Part shown: in pieces, positions 43,064 to 55,126 of the stretch | Numbering within the stretch: the first letter of the stretch is position 1 | How the letters are laid out: the number at the start of each line of letters is the position of its first letter | DNA from: Eledone cirrhosa | Taxonomy: Eukaryota | DNA length: 64,000 nt | Reading direction: 5' to 3' | NCBI GenBank assembly: GCA_964016885.1 | Contig: OZ024742.1 | Location: 146,382,001-146,446,000 of the forward strand | Made by a program: the position numbers and the translations under genes | Notes under the pieces: generated by a model | Seen by the model: the letters and a program-made list of their open reading frames with translations, nothing else | What the model was told of the DNA's origin: nothing | Database searches by the model: none

Positions 43064-43210
43064 ATACCACCAGTAGTAGTAGTAGTACCACCAGTAGTAG
43101 TAGTAGTAGTAGTATACCCAACAGCAGCAGTATGATCAGCACAGAAAATAGCTTTTAATGGTGGAGAAGAAGAAGAAGAAGAAGAAGAAGAAGAAGAAGA
43201 AGAAGAAGGA
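41790..43210. repeat. Compound trinucleotide repeat (CAG/TAG to GGT to TAG to GAA)
   Basis: Direct inspection; includes higher-order duplicated blocks. Confidence 0.95.
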
Positions 43211-43541
43211 AGGTATTCCCCCATGGTCATAGAAGCCAACAATCAATGACATTTTTCTTTACAGAAACTCATTCATATTTACGCACTGTTCTCAGAAATC
43301 ACTGAGTATATGTATATATATATATTTATATATATATATATATACACATATGTGTGTGTCTGTATATATATGTGTGTGTGTGTACGTATGTAAAAAATAA
43401 ACGGAAACAACAAAGCAAACAATACAGTACAATGAAAAATATATTAGTTTAATGCTTGATATAGTAGGAAAATAGATTTTATGTTTCAGATATTAGTCTT
43501 TCATCAGAAGATAGAATTTGAAATAAAAGATAAGATATAAT

Positions 43542-43695
43542 TGTTTCTACTTTAGGCACAAGGCCAGCAATTAGTCAGTACATTACTGGTACTTTATTTT
43601 ATCGACCCCGTAAGGATGAAAGGCGGGATTTGAACTCAGACTGTAAAGGGACGCATGGTGTCTGACGCTCTACTGATTCTGCCAATCTACCACCC
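43542..43695 (-). mobile_element. SINE family A with internal deletions and 11-bp TSD
   Basis: TSD taagatataat at 43531-43541 and 43696-43706. Confidence 0.85.
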
Positions 43696-44483
43696 TAAGA
43701 TATAATGGTAGACAGTGAGAACAGAAAGGAACAAAAAAAAAAAAAGACAGTTTTGAGAAAAATCACATGTGAATTCAGTCAGCTATATCCATATGTAGTT
43801 GATGCTTGATAGAAAAGTGTACTCAATACCGAAGTAGAGTCACTACCATAATAAATGAATATATATATATATATCCAATTGTCAAGGTTTGCTCCCTTCT
43901 GAACCCTCTTTGGGGTCTTTGGGGACACAATCTTTGTGTGTCCATCCCACATCTTCCAAGACAGGTCCCAGGCCTATCGTCAGTTTTTACAGCATGAAAT
44001 GGAGACTGCAATATATTTTTCTACCTAAGGCCTGAATACCCCCCTTGTTAACCCGCATGAAGGATGATGCGGTATGGTTCTTTTTTTCTTACCTCTTACC
44101 ATATTGCAGTTTTGGTGGTCTTATTCACACTAGTCACCTATCTGGTACTTTCTCAAACCCTCGAAGTCTACAATTTTTGCTAGAGATGGCTTTACTTGCC
44201 TCATCCTAGCTTCATGACTGGGTTGTGAGAGTTTTCTTGCTCCATCTCTCCCAATAGTATTCCACTGTTTTTCCGGGGGTAGCTTATTCATTCGGTAGAT
44301 GCCCGTTTATACCACAACTAACCATCACATCTGGTAGCTGTATCGCTATCCGCCACCTGTGACACATTTTCTAACAAAACAGATCTGCTGAATCTCACAA
44401 TATATGTGTGTATATATACACATATATTGTGTATATATATATATACACATGAAAATTGCAAACTTGACTGTCACCACACAATA

Positions 44484-44522
44484 TGAACCTGAAGATTGCG
44501 AAAGCATGAAAGTACTTGTTCA
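44484..44522 (+). ncRNA. Canonical minimal type I hammerhead ribozyme
   Basis: tgaac CTGAAGA t tgc-GAAA-gca t GAAA gtac TT gttca: perfect stem I, GNRA-capped stem II, palindromic AAGTACTT at stem III. Confidence 0.85.
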
Positions 44523-44680
44523 ATTAACACTTAACATGTAATATTCTACCATACTATTTCATTCTAATACCATTATAAATTTTAAAGGATTGTAAATAAA
44601 ACGAGTAAATCAGACAAAGTTGGAATTCCTTTTATTAATATAATCTTCTATACACAATCATACACACCCGTGTATATTTA

Positions 44681-44713
<33 letters not shown>

Positions 44714-44804
44714 CGTAATAAATGTGGTTAGGAACCAGGTGGACCATAACGCACCAAAGTACTCAATACTTAGGGTAGTAGAGTGGGTAATAGGAACAAG
44801 TAGG

Positions 44805-44900
44805 ACCCCGACGGCTGAGCTCAAGCCGTTTCGACGGCTAATTCTGGACTAAATGAAAATTTTTATCCTGGTATTTGAATAGCCGAGCTTCTCAAGGGGT
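44805..44900 (-). ncRNA. Type I hammerhead ribozyme with U3:A8 core, in the PLE terminal repeat
   Basis: Minus strand: acccc TTGAGAA g..cggcta...tagccg.c GAAA cggct-tgagctc-agccg TC ggggt. Confidence 0.75.
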
Positions 44901-45944
44901 AATTCCATATATGGTCAAAGTGATTGTCACAGGGATTGGTCAAAAGTTTGTAGATGAGACATAATAATTCTATGATGGCAATTTGTGGAGGGAAAGGGTA
45001 GCTAAACCTGCCAGTAGGAGAAAGAGGGAGAGGGGGTGGAGGAGACCCATTCATGCGTGCCGGCTACAGCTGGGCGTGAGGTCAAAGAAGATACTAGGGA
45101 GGGGGAGGGGGAGGAAGTCGAAACAGTAAGTAGAACAATACTGAGAGTGTTAAAAAGCAATTAAACGTAAAAAGAAAATAAACAATTTCTAGTTACTACG
45201 ACCTAAGTCTCTCACTATTGCTAGGCTAAAAAGATATACTAGGTGGGACGGAATTAAAATGAGACCCTTTTAAGAGGTATAAGTAATAAACCGAGTATAT
45301 CCTACGGTGACGGGTCAACAAGTGAGGGGCCAAAATACTAAAGAAACTACCACGAAATAATAAAAGTTTCTACCCCAGGCACAAGGCCAGCAACCACCCA
45401 GTGCAAAAAAGTAAACTAATACGAAATAATAATTCAGAGTCCCGAAAAAGAATACTAATACTATCTCTAAGGGTGCCGCCACGATACAAAAGTTCTAGTG
45501 CAAGCTACATAAAAGCTCGTACGAAGTAAAAGTAAAAATTAGATACGGAAAATTAATTCAGAATCCCCCCCAAAAAATAAATACTGATAAACGAGAAATT
45601 AAAGCTAAGATACCACTAAGAAATATAGAAAGCACGGAAAAGGAGCAGCGGTCGGATAAGAGGGCAAGTATCCGAGGTCTAACACATCTGCTATAAAAAG
45701 CGGATTCGGCCAAATCTATCATAGAATAGGGGAAGGGGGTGGGGGTACTGAGGCTACAAGGGACCGAGGGGCTGCCTCGGGTGGGCGAGAAAAAGACGAC
45801 GACAAAGAAAAGGAACTGGGGTGGAAGGACTAGGGAGGGATGGGGGAAGAAGGAAATATAGAGGAAGCGATAAAAAGATATAAAAGATCTTACGTCTCCC
45901 TTAGCAAGCAGGGGTTACCCATTACAAAATCGGCAAGTGGGGTG

Positions 45945-47025
45945 TTATAGCCCTAGTCTACCCCCCGGGTCATTATGGGGTTTGAGGGCGAGGTAAGTCC
46001 TACGCAATCTGTGTTTACATGCAGTAACCAGTTCATCTTTCTTGTTTAGGAGTTGGTCCGTCGAAAACAGCATTTGTAAAGTTTCCTCCGAGCATAAATT
46101 GCACGGACGGCGTCCTCCCGTGTAAGAGTTGGCTCTGGACAGTAATCTCCAAGTGAGATCATAGGTAATGTTGTTATCCTTGAGGTCCCATATGTGGCCC
46201 GAAAGTGTAGTGGCGTGACGCCGGGCCGGGTTTCGGAAGGTATGTCTGTGTTGGTATAGCCGGGTCTTGAAGTCACATGCGGTTAATCCTATATAAGATT
46301 TGTTGGATGTGTCCGTCCTCACGTTGCACTGGTAGATCACATTACGATCTCTGCATCTGTTGTCGGGGGGGGGGGGGGATGGATCCATCAGGACAGTTGC
46401 ACCTCCTGGTCGGCTCTCCACTGCTATTTAGGTTATTTCTTCCATAGGGGTTGAGTTTTTTTGTTGTTGGAGGAGACGATGTTTTGTGCAAAGTTTGGTG
46501 TAGTGCTGTAAGAGAGTTTGATGGTATTTTTGTTAATTATGTTGTGGTAGCGGTGTTGTAGTGGGAAGTGTTTTTCAATGAGCCTAAAGAATATTTTCCC
46601 GATAGGAGTTGTCACCTCGGCGTTGTGGGGAGGATTGAACCATGTTACATTGCGTGAGCGGCGGTGTCGCCTGCTGGTTCCGCTAATGGGAGCTGGACAG
46701 TAGGATATTTCCTCCCGGAAACCACACCGCTTGAGGGCCTGGTTGTAATAAGGCGCATGTTCATCGAATATCTGCTCATTAGATGACAAACAGGATATGC
46801 GGAGGGAGATGTTTTTAACCAGGTTATTGGTGATGTTTCTAGGATGGTTTGACCGGCGGTGGATGTAGTTCAGGTTGTCGTTAGGTTTCCTGTATGGGTA
46901 GTACAGGTCATTATCGAGGTCGAGGGTAACGTCCAGGCAGTTTACTCGGGTCAGGGACGTTTGTAGGGTTATTTTAAATCCCCAGTCGCGGAAGAAGCAG
47001 ATTAATTGTTTACGGACCCGATCTG
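45945..47025 (-). pseudogene. PLE ORF: RT C-terminus/thumb, linker and GIY-YIG endonuclease, frameshifted near 46380-46435
   Basis: VNCLDVTLDL, YRKPND, SNHP, WFNPP; NVIYQC...YIGLTACDFKTRLYQH...CNLCSEE. Confidence 0.92.
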
Positions 47026-47721
47026 TACTACTTCGTACGAGCTTTTATGTAGCTTGCACTAGAACTTTTGTATCGTGGCGGCACCCTTAGAGATAGTATT
47101 AGTATTCTTTTTCGGGACTCTGAATTATTATTTCGTATTAGTTTACTTTTTTGCACTGGGTGGTTGCTGGCCTTGTGCCTGGGGTAGAAACTTTTATTAT
47201 TTCGTGGTAGTTTCTTTAGTATTTTGGCCCCTCACTTGTTGACCCGTCACCGTAGGATATACTCGGTTTATTACTTATACCTCTTAAAAGGGTCTCATTT
47301 TAATTCCGTCCCACCTAGTATATCTTTTTAGCCTAGCAATAGTGAGAGACTTAGGTCGTAGTAACTAGAAATTGTTTATTTTCTTTTTACGTTTAATTGC
47401 TTTTTAACACTCTCAGTATTGTTCTACTTACTGTTTCGACTTCCTCCCCCTCCCCCTCCCTAGTATCTTCTTTGACCTCACGCCCAGCTGTAGCCGGCAC
47501 GCATGAATGGGTCTCCTCCACCCCCTCTCCCTCTTTCTCCTACTGGCAGATTTAGCTACCCCCTCCCTCCACAAATTGCTATCATAGAATTATTATGTCT
47601 CATCTACAAACTTTTGACCAATCCCTGTGACAATCACTTTGACCATATATGGAATTACCCCTTGAGAAGCTCGGCTATTCAAATACCAGGATAAAAATGT
47701 TCATTTAGTCCAGAATTAGCC

Positions 47722-47810
<89 letters not shown>

Positions 47811-47856
47811 TCTCTCTCTCACTCTCTCTCTCTCTCTTTATTATATATATATATAA

Positions 47857-48182
47857 AGACCCCCTTCAGTCACAATGACCTTGGAATTTGCACCTAGAAA
47901 GTCTCTGAGGCACAAGTCCAGGCAAGATCATTTGTGGAAGACCAGCAGTCAGCCATGCATACCAGTCTACCCTCTCCATGTGACTGATGTTGTCCAAGGG
48001 AAAGGCAATGGTCAATACAGCTTGGCACCAGTAATATCACAACTCATTTCTACAGCTGAGTGAACTGGAGCAACATGAAATAAAGTCTCTTGCTCGAGGG
48101 CACAACGCATCACCCAATCCGAAAATCAAACTCACAACCTCATGATTGCAAGCCCAACATTCTTACCACAAAGCATGCACCT
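47857..48182 (-). mobile_element. SINE with family B-type head and different tail
   Basis: agctgagtgaactggagcaacatgaaataaag core in reverse; similar to 7140-7410. Confidence 0.6.
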
Positions 48183-49579
48183 TAATATATATATACATAT
48201 CATCATCATCACCGTTTACCATTCATTTTTCCACACTAGCATGGGTTAGACGAGTTGTCCCATTGAGAGACAAGTCAGATCAGATGCCCTTCCAAATGCC
48301 CACCACATTTACAGTGTAGATTGAGGGCTTTTTATTGTGGCTCGAAATGACCACTTTACATTTACAGTGTGGACTAGGTGGTTTTTGTTGTGACTCCAAA
48401 ATGACTAATTTACAGTATGGACTGGGTGCTTTTTGCTGAGACACCATCATGACCACTTTACAGTGTGGACTGGGTGCTTGTTATGTCACAAACATGACCA
48501 CTTTAAAAGGTGGACATGTATGTGTGTGTATAAAATTATATTTATGTAAATATATATATATGTGCATGTTTGTACATATATCATTATATAGTAGAAGACA
48601 TTTGGCCAAGGTGTTGCACAGTGTGACTGAACCCAAAACTATGTGGTTGCTAAACATACTTCTTAACTATACATTAATATAAACTGATTTATTCAGATTA
48701 TTTTCTCATTTTGGTTGTTCTTGCTCTGATCAATCAACAAGATCCCAGACCTCATTACTTGCCGAGTGGGGTGGACCTCATCCCATCGGACCAATGAAAC
48801 AATGTTTCCATTGGTCTTTCCTTTGCTGATACTATCTACCTGTCACAACTCTTGGCAGAAAGAGCAACATGAAATAAAGTGTCTTGCTCAAGGACACAAC
48901 ATATTACCCGGTCCAAGAATTGAACTCACAATCGTGAGGTTGTGAATCCAACTCTCTAACTATTAAGCCATGCGCCTTCACTCCATTTTGGTTGTTAAAG
49001 TCATGATATTCCAGCTGTTGTACTCTCACAGCTTCTTCAACTACCTCTCATATTAAGTAATGTTCTCAGAAGATTAAATAGAAACCTTTAAACAATCCAT
49101 TGAGGTAGATTGATTTCATTCTGTCAGCTATGCCAAAGATATCCTCATATTAATTATTTAATTGCAATATTGATTGGTTATTCCACTTAAACTGGAGTAT
49201 ATATATTGATACACTAACCCAAGGAATTTTGGAATATACTTTCACCACAGCATGTAACTTTAGGATATGTTGCAGAGGTAAAATAATTATAATTTCTTGG
49301 TACTTATACAAAATAATGAAATTAATACTTATAAAAATAGTCTTTAACATAAATAAGATAGAATAGATAAAAACAAAATAAAGATAAAAGTATATTAATA
49401 AATAATGTTATAGTTCATTACAGCTGGTTTGGCTAAAATAATTCAAAACATTGCTCACACTAAAATGCTCCAAATATAGTATTAAAGAAAGGGATGATTT
49501 GAGAATAAAGAAAAGAAATTGAGAAAACTCTAAGAATTATTATTTTTATTCATTATTATTATCCTTAGTGTTATATTTA

Positions 49580-50035
49580 TTGCATGTTGTTGCTGCATTA
49601 CCGAACACAGCTGTGTGTGCTTTGGGTATGTGTAGTGTTGTGGTTTCTATTGTATTGAAAGTAATCTTCATAATGTGAGTGCAGTGCCTGGTAGTGCCTA
49701 ATAGTACTATTTTCTGTATGCTGTATATATTTGTAAGTCCTGGGGTTTTGATTATGTATCTGTCTTCATGTTTGTTTTTTTTCCAGAGTGCCTATTATTA
49801 TAAGGATTGTTTCTGTTTTCATCATCCATATTCAAACTATTTTTATCTCCTGATCATTATAGTTGGATAATTTCTCCAATTCCTTAATAGGTTGTCATCT
49901 GTGGAAATTGATATGTCTATTAGAAGACATTTTTTTCTTTCTTTGTGGTTTTTACTACATTTGGTCTGGTGGCTTTGATCTTCCTGTCTATGTGTATTGG
50001 CATATTCCGGAGTACAGTTGCTTTATTATTATTAT
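49580..50035 (-). mobile_element. R4/Dong-type non-LTR element 3' fragment (restriction-like endonuclease domain)
   Basis: Minus-strand broken frames NNKATVL.NMPIHIDRKIKATRP, CLLIDISI, IIIGTL, QKIVLLGT; bounded by (ATT)n. Confidence 0.7.
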
Positions 50036-50940
50036 TGGTAGAATCATTAGACCATTGAACAAGATGCTTTGTGGCATATAGTTACAGCTCTTTACGTTCT
50101 GAGTTCAAATGCCACTGAGGTTAGATTTGCTTTTCATCTGTACAGGGTTGATAAAATAAAGTACCAGTAACACACTAGGGTTGATTTAATCGTTTTTCCC
50201 CTCCGCTCAAATTGTTAGCTTTCTGCTTAAATTAGAAATCAGAAACCATTATTATTATTATTGGTAGAATTGTTATAGAGTCAGACAACATGCCTTGCAG
50301 CTTTTAGTTATGGCCCTTTACATTATAGGTTCAAATCCCACCTAGGTTAGCTTTGCCTCTCATCCTAACAGAAGCTATAAAATATAGTACCAGTAACACA
50401 CTGGAGTTGATTTAATTGACTTTCCCCTTCCCTCCAAATTGCTGCAATGTGCCAAAAGTAGACACAATTATTATTATTATTATTACTAGTAAACTTTGCC
50501 TTTCATCCTTACGGGGTCGATAAAATAAAGTACCAGTAATGCACTGGGTAATTGCTGGCCTTGTGCCTAAAGTAGAAACAATTATTACTAGTAGCATTAT
50601 ATCGGAGGTAGCATGGCAGACAAAATACCTTGTGGTATTTTGCTATGTCGCTTTAGAGTCTATGTTCAAATTCTGCTCATGTTGATTTTATAATTCAAAG
50701 TTGATAAAGTACCAGCCAGATAGGTGATGACTTGGCAGAGTTGTTAGAATGTAAGACAGGATATACATTGCAGTATCTTTTCTAGTACATTGTTCTCTGA
50801 GGTCAAATCCCACTGAGGTCAACTTTCCTTTTTCATCCTTTTAGGAGTTGATAGAATAAAATCCAGGGTAGCACATTGGTAGAAATATTAGAATGATGGA
50901 GGAGATACCTTACAGTATTTGTTCCAGCTCTGTTCATCCG
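50036..50940 (+). mobile_element. Cluster of successive family A-type SINEs of different ages
   Basis: At least 6 repeats of the ggtagaat...gttcaaat...gcctttcatc pattern, several following (ATT)n. Confidence 0.75.
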
Positions 50941-52050
50941 GAGTTTTTGGGTTACAGATATTATCTATAACCAGCTTTAATGCATCCACCTAGTCAGTGG
51001 GTACCTTTAACAGTGTCCACTCACTACTCTGTGCAATCATTTTGACCTGGTCTCTGATTTGGGGATAACTTTCTCTTTTCCCCGACCAGTCCTGGTGACT
51101 TCCTGCTCCTTCAAATAGAACCATTGGCACTGCTTTTGCTTGCCTGACTAAACCATAAAAAAGTACAGAGGTTAAATTAATCACCCCCACCACCACCACC
51201 AACAACAACAACAACCAGCATTACCACCACCACCATCAAAACCACCACAACCACAATCACCACCAGCACCACCGATATTTGCCTTTCAGCCTTCTGTGGT
51301 TTACAAAACAAAGTACCAGTAAAGTACTGAAGTTGATTTAATTGATTTTTACCTCTTTCAAATCGGTGGCTTTGTGCCTAAAATATAAATCATTATTAAT
51401 ACCCATAACGACTATATCATAAATATGAACAGCGATGGTGGAATGAAATATTTGGCATAAAGTACATTTCCTGTCAAAAAATCAAGTGAGATGAGAGATG
51501 AATACTATAAAATGTTTATTTGTTTTCAATTTTCACTCAATGAAGTGAAATTAATAAAATACCACAATAAACATGAGCCAGACATTAAATAACAAGATTA
51601 ATTTCTAATTTATAAATAGTAATTATATAGGATTGTAAAAATATTGAGGTGTTTTTTAAAATGTGATATCAAAATGTAGGAACTGCATAAATTGTAATAT
51701 ATATGAGTGAGACAAATAGAAATTATGTAAAGATACAAGACATATTCTACATCATCATCATCACTATATTATATTATAGTCGTTTTACCCATACTAGCAG
51801 GGGTTAGACAAGCTGTTACAGACCAAGTTAATTGGAACGACTGTCCTCTTAGATGGGTTAGCATTATAAAGGACATTTAGTAAGGTAATTGATGTTAGGA
51901 ATAACATACAGTCATAGAAACCCTGCCAAATATGGAACGTATGAGCAAGATGCATTGATCTAACCTGTCTGGTCTCAGACCCTGACAACCTTTCCAAACC
52001 CTGCCAACATGGAAAATGGAAGTAAAATGTTGTTGATGATCAGATCTATA

Positions 52051-52540
52051 CAGGGCCATCTTAACAGCATTATAGCCCCCCCCCCCCCCCCCCCCGGGCT
52101 AAGTAGAGCGCTGGGGCCCCTACCTACACAACCACTCACAGGAATAAAAATACAAATGATCAATATATATAATTAAAGGTATATTCATTGTATTGGTATT
52201 TCCAACGAAATCAATGTTTATACATTAAAAACATATGGTACATCAAAGATTAATTAACACAAACGTTTGAACAATATAACATGAGCCTTGAAAAACACAA
52301 AAATTTCAGCACAAATGATATTCAATTCATAAAACATACAGACAGAGATCACGCAGTATCAAATTACGATGAACTATTTATTAATAATCAGGTAGTCAAT
52401 ACAAATATTTGCGAAATTTCTTTGAATAGAATTGCTTTATAATTGGCTTGAAGTCAATGGTTTTCAGGATTTCATTTTCCATACACATGAGTGAAAGCCA
52501 GTTCAAACACTACTGTCCCATTGTGCTGCGAAGCTGATGG
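52051..52540 (-). mobile_element. hAT transposon 3' end (C-terminal dimerisation-domain remnant plus terminus)
   Basis: Minus strand: LRSTMGQ*CLNWLSLMCMENEILKTIDFKPIIKQFYSKKFRK; CAGGGCC terminus at 52051. Confidence 0.7.
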
Positions 52541-52685
52541 GAAAATATGGGTATAGAACTTCTATACCCATATTTTTCCCACGGGCTAGAGTTTTTAAGT
52601 CAGAATTCTACTTGATTTTCCATTGATTTTCCATTAAAGTTTTCATTTACAAGCCTAACTTGTGAGCACAAAACATAAGCCAATC

Positions 52686-52824
52686 CAGCATAGTTACGTC
52701 CCTTTACGATCTGAGTTCAAATCCTGCCGAGGTTGACTTTGCCTTTCATCCTTACGGGGTCGATAAAATAAAGTACCAGTAATGCACTGGGTAATTTGCT
52801 GGCCTTGTGCCTAAAGTAGAAACA
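52686..52824 (+). mobile_element. SINE family A, 5'-truncated
   Basis: Near-identical to 733-872. Confidence 0.85.
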
Positions 52825-53555
52825 ATATCACCATTAAATGTGAAAAGAGAGACAAACCCCACCCATCTCCTAATCTACTCAGGATCACTCCCCTCCCTAA
52901 AAACCTTAAACACCAGTCATAGCTCTCTCTCCCACCTTATAGTAGCCATTATCATCACTGTATCTCTCACAATATCTGAGATCACTCTCCCTCCTACTCA
53001 CTACTGTCAAATCCTACCAACCCACCACATATGCCCATGATATCATATTTATCTTCCCCCAACTTCCGTAGGTTAGCAGAGGCTCATTAATTGAGTCAAT
53101 GATTAACAACCAATCTTGTGCTACTGCCATGAAAAATGCACCCAGTACACCCTGTAAGGGGGTTGCCAATAAGAAAAGCATTGTGCTGTAAAATTCATGC
53201 CAAAAAGGGACAAGATCATTCTTCAGTTGTGTGAAGAGAACACAAATCTCTCAAGTACTGGTGACTTAGATGATAAATTCATTGAGTATATGGTGTAAAG
53301 GAGTTAGGAACGAGATTGGCCTTCATATGTAGAAAGCTGAAGGAGGACACGTCAGCTGTGTCAAAGACATGGCAACCTCTCTAGTGGTAGAGTCATGATA
53401 AAATGCACTCAATAGAGCTAAGAAATGTAAGATACTGGCTAGTCTAAAACTATAAATAGAAGAGACTACCCATGTTGCCATACAGTGGAATAGAACTCAA
53501 AACCATGTGGTTGCAAAGTAAACTTCTTAAACACACAACCATGTCGCACTGTGTC

Positions 53556-53697
<142 letters not shown>

Positions 53698-53741
53698 TCA
53701 TCATTACCATCCTAATCATCATCATCATCATTTAACATCCA

Positions 53742-53787
<46 letters not shown>

Positions 53788-53848
53788 AGAAGTCTATGCG
53801 TATGTATGCTTTTCTATATTTGCATTGTTGTATATATATATATATGTT

Positions 53849-53884
<36 letters not shown>

Positions 53885-53885
53885 C

Positions 53886-54119
53886 TATAAAAGCTTCACG
53901 GCACAGGCATTGCTTTATATCTGGAGATCTCTGCACTTGTCGTCACATGGTACCATGGGCCCAGCACTATGTGTCAATAATTGTCACAAGTGTAGTGTTT
54001 GTACCAGAGTTTTCAAGTCGCTGGCTGGACTAAAAAGTCACACTCGTTCAGCGCATCGGTAGGGGTTCTCCTACATTCATATAAAGTAGTGGCCGTACTC
54101 GAAAACGAGTTGGCAGCCA

Positions 54120-54121
<2 letters not shown>
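53886..54121 (+). mobile_element. LINE 3' end with C2H2 zinc finger (copy of 21327-21565)
   Basis: Near identity to 21327-21565. Confidence 0.8.
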
Positions 54122-54170
<49 letters not shown>

Positions 54171-54172
<2 letters not shown>

Positions 54173-54961
54173 TGTACACGTACATACATATATGTATACA
54201 GACGTACAGTAGTATGTATATATATATATACATACATGCACACATATATATATGTACGTATGATTTCACCGAACATTTATTATAATGCTCGGTGTGTTTG
54301 TAAACAAACATCCCGTATTAAGTCGTAGTGTCTAGCAACCATCGTTGCTCGTTTGTTCAACACTGACAAAGGAACGCTGTACTAGTTTCAAGCTTATTAG
54401 CTATCGTCAGCAACGTATACCTTCCTGCCAGATTGTTGAACGTATATACTTACCTTATGCATATTAACGGCTGAGTAGCCCAATTTGCATATTGAGTGGG
54501 TTAATCGGCTGGGTGCACCGAAAACGATAAACGGAAAAAATGAAACGAAATTTCATTTCCCACTCTTAGTACGGCTGTTACTTAAATATAAGTATGTACA
54601 CGTACATACATATATGTATACAGACGTACAGTAGTATGTATATATATATATACATGCATGCACACATATGTATATATGTACGTATGGACACATATATATA
54701 TGTACGTATCTTGAACAAACGAGCAACGATCGTTGCTAGACACTACGGCTTAATACGGGATGTTTGTTTACAAACACACCGAGCATTATAATAAATGTTC
54801 GGTGAATCCATACGTACATATATATATGTGTGCATGTATGTATATATATATACATACTACTGTACGTCTGTATACATATATGTATGTACGTGTACATACT
54901 TATATTTAAGTAACAGCTGTACTAAGAGTGGGAAATGAAATTTCGTTTCATTTTTTCCGTT

Positions 54962-54964
<3 letters not shown>
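54171..54964. mobile_element. Non-coding HHR-containing repeat, 422-bp monomer: ~1.2 tandem copies plus inverted segment, in (TA)n
   Basis: tatgtacacgtacatac at 54171 and 54593; 54711-54964 is the reverse complement of 54527-54592 joined to 54171-54360. Confidence 0.88.
54374..54416 (-). ncRNA. Canonical minimal type I hammerhead ribozyme
   Basis: Minus strand: acgttg CTGACGA t agct-aata-agct t GAAA ctag TA cagcgt; palindromic ACTAGT, GUA cleavage triplet. Confidence 0.85.
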
Positions 54965-55015
<51 letters not shown>

Positions 55016-55072
55016 GGAAAAATTTGAACAGGGACAAAACAGAGAGGCAGTACAACAAATATATATATATAT

Positions 55073-55111
<39 letters not shown>

Positions 55112-55126
55112 TATAGATATGTGTAT

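Larger units (their letters stand above)
44712..47724 (-). mobile_element. Penelope-like retroelement, 5'-truncated, with a 696-bp inverted terminal-repeat copy
   Basis: ORF remnants on the minus strand; 47029-47724 is a near-perfect reverse complement of 44833-45528; ends lie in (TA)n and (CT)n. Confidence 0.92.

Noticed and set aside
41554-43242. 562-aa Thr/Ala-rich ORF resembling a mucin or antifreeze glycoprotein
   Set aside because: It is compound trinucleotide repeat that is stop-free by construction. There is no signal peptide or unique domain, and the end runs into a MITE. Expression data would be needed to revive it.
47503-47694. Duplicated 63-aa ORF (also at 44863-45054)
   Set aside because: Incidental frame within the Penelope inverted repeat; no protein features
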